Origin: a virus
Taxonomy: Duplodnaviria > Caudoviricetes
DNA: 58,150 nucleotides
IMG/VR virus record: IMGVR_UViG_3300012940_000001
Location: 1-58,150 of that record
Reading direction: 5' to 3' (one strand)
In this document: positions 41,755 to 52,067 of the stretch, piece by piece
How the letters are laid out: the number at the start of each line of letters is the position of its first letter
How positions within the stretch are numbered: position 1 is the first letter of the stretch
The notes under the pieces: generated by a model
Told to the model about the DNA's origin: nothing
Seen by the model: the letters and a program-made list of their open reading frames with translations, nothing else
Databases searched by the model: none
Program-made: the position numbers and the translations under genes

Positions 41755-44253
41755 GTGCTCGAAGAGTACCTCTGCTTGGGCGGGAACGAGGTCGTGAACA
41801 ACGCCCGCGCCTACGGGTACGCGACCACGGCGGGCTGTCCGCTGAACTGGTACCGGTGCGAACCGTGCGAGTCTCTGCACGATGCGGTGAACGACTGGGT
41901 TCCTGGCGAGTGGCGTCCCGTCGAGCATGGCCGGAACATCTTCGCGAACACCCGCTTCGTCCTCACCGACTCGACCACCGTGGCGCGCCGCAACTACAAC
42001 CCGAACCCGCGGATGCGTACCTCCACGACCGGGTGGACGAAACCCGCCGCTGTGACCCTCACGGCCACCCCGGACGGGATCGAGTGCGAGTTGACGGCAC
42101 CGCTGGTGTCTGGGCAGTCGTGGATCAACAACGACGCCGCGATTACGTCGGCCCCTGGGCAGTGGTGGATCGCGTCGATGGAGGTTGAGGTACCTGCCGA
42201 TGCGGCACCGGTGACTGTCGCGGTCGCGGTCCACTCGTACGGCGACGACTTCCCTGTCGCAACGACCCCGAACGTTGTCATCAACCCCGGCGAAACCGTC
42301 CGGCTGACGGCTACCCCGATCACGCAGACCGGTGCGTCCACTACCGGTGTCCGGTCGATCTTGTACCTCCGCCAGAACCAGAACACGGGCGACAGGGTGA
42401 TCGTGCGTGACGCGATCACCGAGCAGGCGCAGAACTTCCTCGGCTACTTCGACGGCGACAACCTCCCGCCCACCAACGAAGAGGGCCTCACCGCCGTCTG
42501 GACCGGGACTGCCGACAACTCCGAGAGCATCCTCCGCGGGTCGCACCCCGAGCAGACGTGGGCGAACATCGGGGAAGCCGTCACCTACGTGACCCCGGAT
42601 GGGTCCCGCACGATGCTGTACTTCGGCATCCCGACTGTGCTCGGGTTCGAGCCGATCACCGGCCAGATGCCCATTCCTGGTGAGACCGCCACCATCCTCG
42701 TTCGTGCACGCGCGAGCCGCGACATGACCGTTGGTCTCCGCATCGGCACCGGGGTGGATTCCCGTGAGGACGTGGACCTCACCACCGACTACGAGTGGTT
42801 CCGGGTCATTGTCCCGGTCGGGACCATCAGCGACGGGCGGGACGTGGGTTTCGTGTTCGATGCCCCTGAGGACGGTGACCTGATCGACGTTACCCATGTC
42901 CTCATCGCACCTGGTGCCTATTCGGACGCATGGTTCGATGGTGACTCGGTGGATGTTCTCGAACCTGGCGACCAGATTTTCTGGCTCGGCTTCCAGTACC
43001 AGTCCGTGTCCGTGTGGGAGCGGGAAACGCTCATCACCCCTGGCCGGTCGGAAGAGCCGCCGTACACGTACGGCAACATCAACCTCGCCCCCTGGTACGA
43101 CGCGGAGGACCCGGACATGACCGGCCGTTTCTACGGTGTGTGGGCGGTCGAGGTCACCGGCGTCGAGTCCTCCACCCGCGAAGCCACCGTGTCCCAGTCC
43201 CTCCTGGACGGTGGCGTCGCGGGGCTGGTGCGTCACGCGTCCCGCGAAATCCGGGTGCGTGCTCTGCTGGCCGCGCAGGGAGAGGACGCGCTGGAGTACG
43301 GCCTGACGTGGCTGGATGCCGCGCTCGCCACCACCACCTGTGGATCGCATGGGAACGCATGTGGTGCCGTGGACCTGACGTTCTTCGCCGCATGTCCGGA
43401 GCCTGACGAGGACAACACCGACACCATCGTCGAGGAATCGTTCCGGCTTCGCCGTCACCTGCACAACGTGACCGTGATCAGCGGACCTCTCATCACCGAC
43501 CACCTGCACTCCAGCGACGACAAGCACTTCGCGTACATCGTCGAGTGGACGATGGTCGCCGGTACCCCGTGGGTGTTCGGGGACACCCAGGAAATCGCGC
43601 TCGAACCGTCCACCCCGGTCGTGGTCCAGGACGTGCCGTACAACCTCGTCCCGTACCCGAGCATGGAACTCGCCGGGGACCCGGTTCTCGTCGCGACGAA
43701 CTACTCGCAGAACCCCAGCGTCGAGACCGACGCGACCGACTGGTCCGCGAGCGCGGTGGCGGTTTCGGGTACCAGCCCTGCCGCGTTCTTCACCAGCGAG
43801 CGTTCCACCGAAATCCACGCCGGAGAGGGGACCGCTTCGTACCGTGCCCGCATCCTCGGGAACAACGGAAGCACCGTGGTCACCGATGCGGAAGCGGACA
43901 TGATCATCGAGCATGAGGTTACGCTTTCCCCCGCGACAGGTCAGCGTTACTCGGTGACGATTTGGGGTGCCATGTTCGTGATCAGCGGCGACGACGGAAG
44001 CGAACTCCAGTCGCTCACCGCGGAAATCGAGTGGCTCAACGGTGGTTCCACGCTCCGCACCGATACGATCGCTTCGACCGTCAGCGAGTTCGGTGGGCGC
44101 GTGTTCGCGTTGCGGTCGATCACTCCGCCCGCCACGACGGACAACGCGATCGTCCGCCTGATCGGGCGGGTCACCTGGTCTTCGTCGGCCGTCGCGGAGA
44201 ACAACTCCGACATTCGGATGTTCGCCGATACTGTTGCTCTGACGACGCCGTAG
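41755..44253 (+). CDS. Minor tail protein (distal-tail-like with inserted beta-sandwich modules)
   Basis: Follows TMP; NYNPNP/NPSVET and YFDG..WTGT modules. Confidence 0.8.
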   Translation: MLEEYLCLGGNEVVNNARAYGYATTAGCPLNWYRCEPCESLHDAVNDWVPGEWRPVEHGRNIFANTRFVLTDSTTVARRNYNPNPRMRTSTTGWTKPAAVTLTATPDGIECELTAPLVSGQSWINNDAAITSAPGQWWIASMEVEVPADAAPVTVAVAVHSYGDDFPVATTPNVVINPGETVRLTATPITQTGASTTGVRSILYLRQNQNTGDRVIVRDAITEQAQNFLGYFDGDNLPPTNEEGLTAVWTGTADNSESILRGSHPEQTWANIGEAVTYVTPDGSRTMLYFGIPTVLGFEPITGQMPIPGETATILVRARASRDMTVGLRIGTGVDSREDVDLTTDYEWFRVIVPVGTISDGRDVGFVFDAPEDGDLIDVTHVLIAPGAYSDAWFDGDSVDVLEPGDQIFWLGFQYQSVSVWERETLITPGRSEEPPYTYGNINLAPWYDAEDPDMTGRFYGVWAVEVTGVESSTREATVSQSLLDGGVAGLVRHASREIRVRALLAAQGEDALEYGLTWLDAALATTTCGSHGNACGAVDLTFFAACPEPDEDNTDTIVEESFRLRRHLHNVTVISGPLITDHLHSSDDKHFAYIVEWTMVAGTPWVFGDTQEIALEPSTPVVVQDVPYNLVPYPSMELAGDPVLVATNYSQNPSVETDATDWSASAVAVSGTSPAAFFTSERSTEIHAGEGTASYRARILGNNGSTVVTDAEADMIIEHEVTLSPATGQRYSVTIWGAMFVISGDDGSELQSLTAEIEWLNGGSTLRTDTIASTVSEFGGRVFALRSITPPATTDNAIVRLIGRVTWSSSAVAENNSDIRMFADTVALTTP

Positions 44254-44263
44254 GAGGGTAGAC

Positions 44264-46474
44264 ATGACCGACCGGATTTCGTCTTTCCAGTCCTCCCCGG
44301 CGACGACGTTCTACCTCGAAGGGGACGTTGTAGAGACGCAGGCGTCCTACGGTGACCACGGCCGGTGGCGTGTGCGGCTGTACCTTCGCGCGATGAACGG
44401 CCCCGGTGGTTCCACCGGCTCGTTCTATGGCGGGTCTGGATACCAGGACGGCCGCATCAACGGCGGCATCGTCATCACGCACGGACCCGTTGCCCCGTTC
44501 CTGCCCAGCGGGTATGCGAATGGCGCGACGCGGTGGCGCGACGGCCCCGTGGACTGGTGGGTCAACGCGAACTCGAATGGTTACTGGTCGGGCTCGTCGA
44601 CGTCCCTGCCCTTGCAGATGGGCCTGGATTACGGCTCGATCGAGACGGTGGTCGCGGGCTCAATGCCGCTTCCGCGAATCGCTCGGGCACCGGGAGCACC
44701 GGGCACCCCGACCGTCTCCAACCTGACGCCGACGAGCGCGAAGTTCACGTGGTCGGCGGCGGCACGCGGCAACTCGAACATCACAGACTATGGCGTCTAC
44801 GTCTCGACGGACCCGTCGTTCGGTTCGCACGTGTTCGCACAGTGGATCGGCACCGGCCTGAACTACACGATCCCCACGAGCACCCTGAACCCTGGCACCA
44901 CCTACTACGTTCGGGTGCGCGCGCGGAACGGTGACGGCACAGGCGGGTACAGCGGTGTCCGCTCGTTCACCACCCTGTCGTCTGACGGGCCGTCCATGGT
45001 CATCAGCCCGTCGCCCGCTGGGTCGTCGGCGCTGATCGCTCTGTCCCCTCCTGGTGGGATCACTGGTGTCGACAAGTACACGGTCCACTGGGAGTACCTG
45101 ACCCCGCCCCCCGTCCCGTCGCCGGGATCGTGGTCGCAGGACACGACCGGAACGTCCGTGCTCATCAACGGCCTGATCCCCGGTGCCACGTACCGGTGGA
45201 CCGCAACCGCGACGATCGGTGGGTACACGACGCCCGCGTCCGGGGCGCAGGACGTTCCCCAGCCCCAGCCGTCCACTGGTGCGGGTGACTACTTTGACGG
45301 GTCTACCCCGGCGAAGACTGATGTGACCTACGCGTGGACGGGCACCACGAACAACTCGACTTCGACCATGAGCGGTCTGGCTGTCGAGGGGTGGGAGTTC
45401 GAGGTAGCCGGGGCGACCGGTGGTGGCGTGCTCACGCGTGTCACGGGTGGGCTGTTCGGCCTGTACTCTGCGCAGGCGACGATCACGCAGGACCTCGACA
45501 CGACCACGCCCGCGTTCCGTGTCCGCGGGACCCCGGAGGCCCCGTACTTCACCGAGGTCGAGCCGAACACCACCTACTACGGGAGCATCTACGTCAACCC
45601 GTCCCGCCAGAGCCGCTTCGCCGCGGAAATCATCTGGTTCGACGAGGACGACTCCATCATCGACCGCACTGAGGGGCAGGGTGCCGTCGCCGGTCAGGGC
45701 ATCTGGACGCGTCTGATCGTCGGTGGTGTGGCCCCGGCCGGGGCAGTGCACGCGACCGTTGGTGTGTGCGACCAGAACGGTACCGGCTGGGCGCAGATCA
45801 TCAGCGGTGACGTGATCCTCGTCGATGGGGCGATGATCAGCCTGGGTGAACTGTTTTCCTACTTCGACGGGGCAACCCCCGACACGCTGGAGTTCACGTA
45901 CGAGTGGACTGGGACGGCGAACGCATCCACGTCGACTCGCACAGCGCTGGACGTGCAGACCGATCCGCTCGCGGACCCGGACTGCCCGCCGATTCCGGCC
46001 GCACCCCGGCCTCCGTTCGTCCCCTCGGACTGCATCGCGGACGTGGGTGTGTGGCGTCGGTACTGGGTGTACATCCCCGCGTCCGAAGTCCCCGACTGGC
46101 TCACGGTCATCCCGACTCTGGAAATCCAGACGGGCGTGTCCGCGGAACGTCAGGTCCGCATCCGCATGTACGCGAACCCGTTCGACCGGGACAACACAGA
46201 AATCGACACGACCGACTTCTGCTCGGAGCAGATCATTTCGTACATCCCCCCGAACACCGTCCTCACCCTCGACGGGGTGACGGAGCGGGTGTGGGCGGAA
46301 GTACAGGGTGGTGCGCCGATCAGCGGCGACCACCTGCTGTACGGGTCGAATGGTACCCCCGCGACGTGGCCGCACCTGTCGTGCGGTATCTCCTACTGGG
46401 CATCGTTCGACGTGCCCAACGAGGCACCGGCCGGGAACTTGACCATTCGTGCGTACCTCACCCAGCGGACCTGA
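44264..46474 (+). CDS. Minor tail protein with FN3 domains
   Basis: PGAPGTP..LNPGTTYYVRVRARN; YFDG..WTGT modules. Confidence 0.8.
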   Translation: MTDRISSFQSSPATTFYLEGDVVETQASYGDHGRWRVRLYLRAMNGPGGSTGSFYGGSGYQDGRINGGIVITHGPVAPFLPSGYANGATRWRDGPVDWWVNANSNGYWSGSSTSLPLQMGLDYGSIETVVAGSMPLPRIARAPGAPGTPTVSNLTPTSAKFTWSAAARGNSNITDYGVYVSTDPSFGSHVFAQWIGTGLNYTIPTSTLNPGTTYYVRVRARNGDGTGGYSGVRSFTTLSSDGPSMVISPSPAGSSALIALSPPGGITGVDKYTVHWEYLTPPPVPSPGSWSQDTTGTSVLINGLIPGATYRWTATATIGGYTTPASGAQDVPQPQPSTGAGDYFDGSTPAKTDVTYAWTGTTNNSTSTMSGLAVEGWEFEVAGATGGGVLTRVTGGLFGLYSAQATITQDLDTTTPAFRVRGTPEAPYFTEVEPNTTYYGSIYVNPSRQSRFAAEIIWFDEDDSIIDRTEGQGAVAGQGIWTRLIVGGVAPAGAVHATVGVCDQNGTGWAQIISGDVILVDGAMISLGELFSYFDGATPDTLEFTYEWTGTANASTSTRTALDVQTDPLADPDCPPIPAAPRPPFVPSDCIADVGVWRRYWVYIPASEVPDWLTVIPTLEIQTGVSAERQVRIRMYANPFDRDNTEIDTTDFCSEQIISYIPPNTVLTLDGVTERVWAEVQGGAPISGDHLLYGSNGTPATWPHLSCGISYWASFDVPNEAPAGNLTIRAYLTQRT

Positions 46475-46476
46475 GA

Positions 46477-46491
46477 GAAAGTAGTACTTTT
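46477..46491. promoter_or_regulatory. 15-bp palindrome copy (1 mismatch) over RBS region
   Basis: GAAAGTAGTACTTTT 1 nt before GTG. Confidence 0.7.
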
Positions 46492-46492
46492 C

Positions 46493-47656
46493 GTGGCAAC
46501 AGGCATCTTCGGTGGCCCGTGTGTGGAGAAGCACACGGTCTACATCTTCGATCGGGGCGGCATGACTCGTCTCGCGCAGATCGTGGATGTGTCGTCGGTG
46601 CGGTGGGGTCGTGACCGGGATGCGGTCAGTGAAGCAACTGTCATCGTCCGGGGGTCCGCGTGTTCGGCGCAGGCAGAAACTCTCGCGGCGATCGAACCGA
46701 AGCGGCACGAAATGGTGATCTACCGTGGCGCTGACCGGGTGTGGGAAGGGCCGGTGTGGCGTGTCGCCTGGCATGCGGACTCGGTGGAAATCAACGCGCA
46801 TGACGTGTTGCAGTACGTGTTCGGGACCCCGCTGAGCAAGACGTACGACAACAGGTACCGGGCTGTGTACAACGAGGAAGGTGAAGTGGTCGAGGTCCTC
46901 AGCGAACCGACTGAGGTCACCACCCGCATCGAAGAGATTCTGGAGTACGAACTCCAGCGGTGGGAGATTCTTGACCCGCCCGCGAACATCCTCCCGTACC
47001 TGGAGATACACCACTTCCCCAACGAGGCGAAGACGACCGCGTACACGATCCCGTACGAAATGACCGTGGGTGAGCACATGGCGAACCTGGCCCACTACGG
47101 GGGTATCGACTACGCCGCTGTCGGCCGGTCGATCCACGTGTGGGACGTGAACCGGCATCTGGGCCGCACCCGCATGATCACCGAAGCCGACTTCCTCGGG
47201 TCGGAAGTGATCCTCACCGCGTACGGGTCCGAGCACACCCAGTACTCGTACGTCATCGGGAACAGTGGCCTCTTCGGGTCCGCGGTGAACCCGAACAACC
47301 TGGACTACTACGGTCCGTGGACGATCATCAACACGGCGTACAGCGAAGAGGGTGACACGGAGGAACCGACCCAGGCGGAACTCGATAGCCAGGCACAGCG
47401 TGGCCTGGCCGCCCGGTCCCCTGTCCCTGTCGAGGTTCGTGTCCCCGACAACTCGTCTATCCGCCTGAACGAAACCCTGACGATCAACGACCTGGTTCCC
47501 GGTGTGCAGATTCCTGTGCTCGCGACGCTGAACGCACGCCAGATGAGCCAGTTGCAGAAACTCGACCTCCTGACGGTGACGGAGGACGAGACGGGGGAGA
47601 ATGTGCAGGTAACGCTCGTTCCGTCCACCCGTGACGATGACGAAGGAGAGGACTGA
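46493..47656 (+). CDS. Minor tail protein (baseplate hub-like)
   Basis: RVWEGPV, INDLVPGV; position. Confidence 0.8.
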   Translation: MATGIFGGPCVEKHTVYIFDRGGMTRLAQIVDVSSVRWGRDRDAVSEATVIVRGSACSAQAETLAAIEPKRHEMVIYRGADRVWEGPVWRVAWHADSVEINAHDVLQYVFGTPLSKTYDNRYRAVYNEEGEVVEVLSEPTEVTTRIEEILEYELQRWEILDPPANILPYLEIHHFPNEAKTTAYTIPYEMTVGEHMANLAHYGGIDYAAVGRSIHVWDVNRHLGRTRMITEADFLGSEVILTAYGSEHTQYSYVIGNSGLFGSAVNPNNLDYYGPWTIINTAYSEEGDTEEPTQAELDSQAQRGLAARSPVPVEVRVPDNSSIRLNETLTINDLVPGVQIPVLATLNARQMSQLQKLDLLTVTEDETGENVQVTLVPSTRDDDEGED

Positions 47657-48084
47657 TGCCCAAGTGCCAGTGTGCAGGGAACGCCTGCAACTGCAACATC
47701 CAGGCTGGCGACGGTATCACCGTCACCGGCACGGGTAACGCGACCGCCCCGTTCGTGGTGTCGCTGGCGAGCCAGTTGGTGAACATCGCCGTGGCCGCAC
47801 CCGGCCCCATTGACCTGTCGACGTTGCAGTCCGGGTCGGTTGCTGTGCTCGACATGAGCGGCAACGTGACTGCCCTGACCTTGCCGTCGACGGGTGGTGC
47901 CCGCATCGACATTGTGGCGCTCCACACGGTCGGTGCGGCGGCGATCACGTGGCCGAGTAACGTGTTGTGGGACAACGCGACCCCGCCGACGCAGACGACG
48001 ACGGCTGGCCGGTATGACTGGTTCACGCTCCGGAACGTGGGGTCGGACTGGATTGGATCGGCGCTCGCGCTGAACGCTGGATAG
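47656..48084 (+). CDS. Minor tail protein
   Basis: CQC..CNC N-terminus, VTGTG..PFVVS. Confidence 0.65.
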   Translation: MPKCQCAGNACNCNIQAGDGITVTGTGNATAPFVVSLASQLVNIAVAAPGPIDLSTLQSGSVAVLDMSGNVTALTLPSTGGARIDIVALHTVGAAAITWPSNVLWDNATPPTQTTTAGRYDWFTLRNVGSDWIGSALALNAG

Positions 48085-48091
48085 GAGCACC

Positions 48092-48601
48092 GTGGCAAGC
48101 GGGCCGAACACCAAGAACTCCCTGGACGCCCTGCTGACGGATGCGCTTCTTCGCTTGAAGATAGTCGAGCGGCGTATCGCGATCGGCAGTTCCGGTTTCG
48201 CTGTGCGGAACTATGGCGCGGTACAGTCCACGACGGCCCAGGGGAGCATCACCACCACGCCTGTCGCTGTACCGGGCATCAGCCTCCCGATCACGATGCC
48301 CGACAATGGTCGCCTCCGGTTCCAGGGGCAGGTTGTCACCTACTCGTCCAGCGTCAATGATGTGGTCTCGATCCGTCTTCTCGACGGCGGGAGCGAGGTC
48401 TGGTCTTGGTCCGTGCGTGCGAACTCGGGCATCGCGACCGCGAGCACTGGGCACGCGCACACGCTGATAGCGGAGGCGGACGTGGCGACGGGAGCACACA
48501 CCTACACGTTGGATGTTGCTCGTGTTGTCGGCTCCGGCAACGTGACCATTGGACCTACATCGAACAGTCCCAACCTGTTGAGTATCGACCGGATCGGATA
48601 G
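48092..48601 (+). CDS. Minor tail protein
   Basis: Short coiled coil then beta-rich domain. Confidence 0.65.
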   Translation: MASGPNTKNSLDALLTDALLRLKIVERRIAIGSSGFAVRNYGAVQSTTAQGSITTTPVAVPGISLPITMPDNGRLRFQGQVVTYSSSVNDVVSIRLLDGGSEVWSWSVRANSGIATASTGHAHTLIAEADVATGAHTYTLDVARVVGSGNVTIGPTSNSPNLLSIDRIG

Positions 48602-48694
48602 GACCATGACCTACAAAACCGTCGCGGCGATCGCGGCGGAGCCGGACGAATCCCAGGCCGAAGGGTAGTCTGCACACAGAAAGGAGGAACAACC

Positions 48695-50341
48695 ATGACG
48701 GTTTATCCGAACGGCTCGACCTCGGCGAAGCCGACTGTCTCGTCCCCGTACGGTCCCCGCCAGGGGGGCGCGTTCGGGTTCCACTACGGCACCGACTTCG
48801 TTGGTTACTCGAACCTCAAGGCGATCCTCGGCGGCACGGTCACCCACGCCGGGTGGATGAACGATGCCGCTGGCAACGCAATCGTCATCGACTCTCGCGA
48901 CCCCCTGACAGGGCGGACTGTCACGATCTGCCGGTTCCACGTCGCGTCGTGGTCGGTGAAGAAGGGGCAGACGGTTTCCGAGGGTGCGCAGATCGGGGTG
49001 ATGGGCGCGACCGGCAACGCGACCGGGAAGTGCGATCACGTCGAAATGCGGTACTGGTCAGGCGGATCGTACACAACGGAGGACCCTGAGAAGTGGCTGG
49101 CGGCAAGGGTGCAGAGCGCGTTGCGGCCGGATCAGCGTCGCGTCGTCTCGACAGCATCGGCCAACGGGCGTGCAGAACCGACAACCGCATCTGCGATCCA
49201 GCAGACCCTCCCGCCTTCCACCGTCGCAGACTTCGACGGCTGGAAGAACGGGCAGGTCGTCGAAGGCAACGCGGTCTGGTTCCGTGGCGCGCACTCGGGC
49301 GACTGGTTCTGGTCGGGTGGCTTCGAGGGCGGCTCCAACACGGCTGGCCTGACGAACCTGAACACCCCTGACCCTGGACCGGTAGCCCCGAACCAGAGGG
49401 TGGTGGGCGCGAACCCGGCGAACGGTCGCCCTGATCCTTCGACGAAGAACCCGGTGACGCAGAGCCTCGACCCTGGCACGGTCGGGACGTTCGACGGGTG
49501 GACGAACGGGGAGAGGGTCGAAGGGAACGACGTGTGGTTCCGGGGCGCGTTCTCCGGCGACTGGTTCTGGTCGGGTGGCTTCACGAGCCAGGCGACCACC
49601 GGTCTGCCGAGGATCGACGCGAACCCGCCGACGCCCACTGACCCCGACAACCCGCGCGACCTGCCGGAGTACGAGCCGGTCTACCCGCGTGCGTTCAAGG
49701 GGCTGAAAGCCCCGCTCGGGTTCAACAACAACGGGTCCCCGGCGATGCGTACGACCAAGGGAGACCCGCCTGTGGCGGTGTCGCCGATCATCGACCGGTT
49801 CATCATCCACCACACCGGGACCACGGCCGACCAGTTGGACTACTTCTCGTACCGCAACGACCGGTCCTCGTGCCCCACGTTCTACCTCCGCACGAACGGT
49901 GAAGTGTTCGAATTGATCAGGCCGATGCAGAAGCCCGCCTCGACGGGACCCGAGTGGAACTACCGGTCGATCGCGGTGGAGACGCTGAACCTTGGTGGTG
50001 CGCCTGACTGGCCGGTCGCTGATGTGCAGGTGGAGGAACTTGCGCAGATGATCGCGTGGCTGGCCGAGTTCGACGGGAAGGAACTGGACGGTGTTCCGGT
50101 GTCGTTCAAGATCGACCGCACGCACGTGATCAGCCACCAGGAGGTTCTGCCGACTGTGTGCCCCGGCCCGTACCTCCAGTCGCGTCTTGACAAGATCGTC
50201 GCCCGTGCACAGGCGATCTACGCGGAGAACCACCCCGAGCCTGAACCGGACATGGTGCAGGTTCCGCGTGATGTTCTCCTTGGCTGGATGAACCGCGCCG
50301 ACCAGTTGGCGCTCGACATGATGCCTTACGTGGAAGCGTGA
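48695..50341 (+). CDS. Endolysin: M23 peptidase-like + two wall-binding repeats + amidase_2
   Basis: HYGTD; duplicated FDGW.NG..VEGN.VWFRG..SGDWFWSGGF; IIHHT..IAVE..SHQ..CPG. Confidence 0.9.
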   Translation: MTVYPNGSTSAKPTVSSPYGPRQGGAFGFHYGTDFVGYSNLKAILGGTVTHAGWMNDAAGNAIVIDSRDPLTGRTVTICRFHVASWSVKKGQTVSEGAQIGVMGATGNATGKCDHVEMRYWSGGSYTTEDPEKWLAARVQSALRPDQRRVVSTASANGRAEPTTASAIQQTLPPSTVADFDGWKNGQVVEGNAVWFRGAHSGDWFWSGGFEGGSNTAGLTNLNTPDPGPVAPNQRVVGANPANGRPDPSTKNPVTQSLDPGTVGTFDGWTNGERVEGNDVWFRGAFSGDWFWSGGFTSQATTGLPRIDANPPTPTDPDNPRDLPEYEPVYPRAFKGLKAPLGFNNNGSPAMRTTKGDPPVAVSPIIDRFIIHHTGTTADQLDYFSYRNDRSSCPTFYLRTNGEVFELIRPMQKPASTGPEWNYRSIAVETLNLGGAPDWPVADVQVEELAQMIAWLAEFDGKELDGVPVSFKIDRTHVISHQEVLPTVCPGPYLQSRLDKIVARAQAIYAENHPEPEPDMVQVPRDVLLGWMNRADQLALDMMPYVEA

Positions 50342-50826
50342 TGTACTCCGGCATCCCCGCCCGCCAGCGCCGCGTTCTCGTCACCACACTCGGCGGTATC
50401 TGGTTGTCGTCCTTCGGGGCGGGGGTGTCGGGCATCGTCATGGCGCTGACAACGACGGGTGACCAGTTGGAGCCGCTCTGGCTCGCTGTGTTCAGCGCGA
50501 TCCTCGCTGTCGGTTCGGGGGCGGCAACCTACGGGGTTGCGTGGAACAAGTACCGGTGGGAGTGGATCGCGAGTTGGGCCGCCGCGTTCGCGATCGTCCC
50601 GTATGTCGTGCTGGGGTGGGTGGTCACTTTCTCCACCCGCCCGTCGAACGCTACGTCCGCTTTCCTGCTGACGGCTCTGATGCTGTTCTACCTGGCCCGA
50701 GCCTCCGCATGCTCGGCTCATGCGGCGAAACTCGTCGCGTTGCACAAGGCAGAGACCGCCGTCGTGGAGACTGTCATGGGGAGGGAACAGAGGGATGACG
50801 GCGACACATCTGACGGGGATTGTTGA
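50338..50826 (+). CDS. Membrane protein (4 TM), lysis cassette
   Basis: Hydrophobic helices directly after endolysin. Confidence 0.7.
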   Translation: MMYSGIPARQRRVLVTTLGGIWLSSFGAGVSGIVMALTTTGDQLEPLWLAVFSAILAVGSGAATYGVAWNKYRWEWIASWAAAFAIVPYVVLGWVVTFSTRPSNATSAFLLTALMLFYLARASACSAHAAKLVALHKAETAVVETVMGREQRDDGDTSDGDC

Positions 50827-51226
50827 CTCTGCTCCCCCTGACGCAGGGCCTTGGATCACGTTGGCGATCGCGCTTCTCTCCCTGTTCGTCGGGTCCGGTG
50901 GTGTCGTCGCGTACAGGCGCTTGTCGCACGACAAGAAAATGGGCATCGCCCAGCAGGAACTCACCGAGGACGATGCCGTCGTCAAACGCTATGAGGCGTT
51001 GATCCGCTCGCAGACGGAGAGTCTGCTTGAGCCGATGATGGAAAGGATCAGCACCCTCGAATCGAGGGTCCAGTCCCTCGAAACAGAACTCGCGACCTCC
51101 CGGAGGAAGTACTGGTCGGCTATCTCCTACATCCGTACCCTGGTGAACTGGATCGCACGGCACATTGATGACGTTGAGCAGACGCAGGTCCCCAGCCCCC
51201 CGGCGACCCTCGCCGAGGACATTTGA
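50795..51226 (+). CDS. Membrane protein (1 TM + coiled coil), lysis cassette
   Basis: N-terminal TM, heptad region. Confidence 0.7.
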   Translation: MTATHLTGIVDSAPPDAGPWITLAIALLSLFVGSGGVVAYRRLSHDKKMGIAQQELTEDDAVVKRYEALIRSQTESLLEPMMERISTLESRVQSLETELATSRRKYWSAISYIRTLVNWIARHIDDVEQTQVPSPPATLAEDI

Positions 51227-51237
51227 AAGGAACACTG

Positions 51238-51645
51238 ATGACGGAACTGATACCGGTCGAAATGACCGACGCGGCCATGTGGGCGGTGATCGTCGGCTTC
51301 GTGTCGCCTATCGTCCTCAACTTCATCGTGAGCGCAACGTGGCCCCAGTGGGCGAAGGCGCTCACGGCCTTCGTCTTCTCCGCGATCGTCGGCACCATCA
51401 CCGCGGTTATCGCTGGTGCGTACGAGGGTCTTGGTATCCCGAGCACGATCCTGCTGACGGCTGTCGTGGCGATCACGGCGTACCAGAACTTCTGGAAGCA
51501 GGTCGCCCCGAACATGCAGAGGGGAACGGAAGAGAAGAAGGCGATCGAAGAGGCGGCGAAGGTGGACGAGACGGTGCAGATTGTCACCGAGAACACCACC
51601 GCCCAGCCGGTTCCTCAGGCGATCACGAAGCCGCCGCTCGCCTAA
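51238..51645 (+). CDS. Putative holin
   Basis: 3 TM with charged C-terminus; GAAAGGA RBS. Confidence 0.65.
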   Translation: MTELIPVEMTDAAMWAVIVGFVSPIVLNFIVSATWPQWAKALTAFVFSAIVGTITAVIAGAYEGLGIPSTILLTAVVAITAYQNFWKQVAPNMQRGTEEKKAIEEAAKVDETVQIVTENTTAQPVPQAITKPPLA

Positions 51646-51809
51646 ATCAAGGTTCTCTCCTGCCGCTGGGCGGCGTTGAAGATCGTGCCGTTGATGCGCG
51701 ACTTCACGAGGGGCGGTGTGTCCGACTTCGCGACGGCCGTGACCACGACCGCCCAGTCGTCCACGCACATCGTGACGGTGACAGGCTCCAAACGATCAAG
51801 AGGGTTCAT
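51642..51809 (-). CDS. Small hypothetical protein
   Basis: GAAGGA RBS. Confidence 0.5.
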   Translation of the reverse strand: MNPLDRLEPVTVTMCVDDWAVVVTAVAKSDTPPLVKSRINGTIFNAAQRQERTLI

Positions 51810-51862
51810 GACTGTCCTTCCTCGGTTGTAGGCTGGTACTGCTTGGTTGTTCCTACCAGCAA

Positions 51863-51898
51863 AGAGGGGCTGACCCGTCCGCACAGGTCAGCCCCTCT
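51863..51898. terminator. 13-bp hairpin near convergence of the two arms
   Basis: AGAGGGGCTGACC...GGTCAGCCCCTCT. Confidence 0.65.
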
Positions 51899-51899
51899 G

Positions 51900-52067
51900 T
51901 CATGCCGCTCGCACGTCTTCTGCGTGTTCGGGGCAAAGGTATTCGTCTATGTGGCCTGCTCTGTGCCAGATGTACCGGGCGCGGGCCAGCCTGTTCGTGG
52001 GCGGGCGTTTGCACCAGTCGCACCAGCGCGGGTTCTTGTTCCGGTGGGGAAGCAGGTCACCGTTCAT
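51900..52067 (-). CDS. Small zinc-finger protein
   Basis: CDWC...LCPEH; TAATG overlap. Confidence 0.55.
   Translation of the reverse strand: MNGDLLPHRNKNPRWCDWCKRPPTNRLARARYIWHRAGHIDEYLCPEHAEDVRAA

Noticed and set aside
39076-44265. 1729-aa minus-strand ORF and other long antisense ORFs (e.g. 26506-29301, 7247-9091, 15553-17484)
   Set aside because: Shadow frames of GC3-biased real genes on the opposite strand; no RBS or motifs
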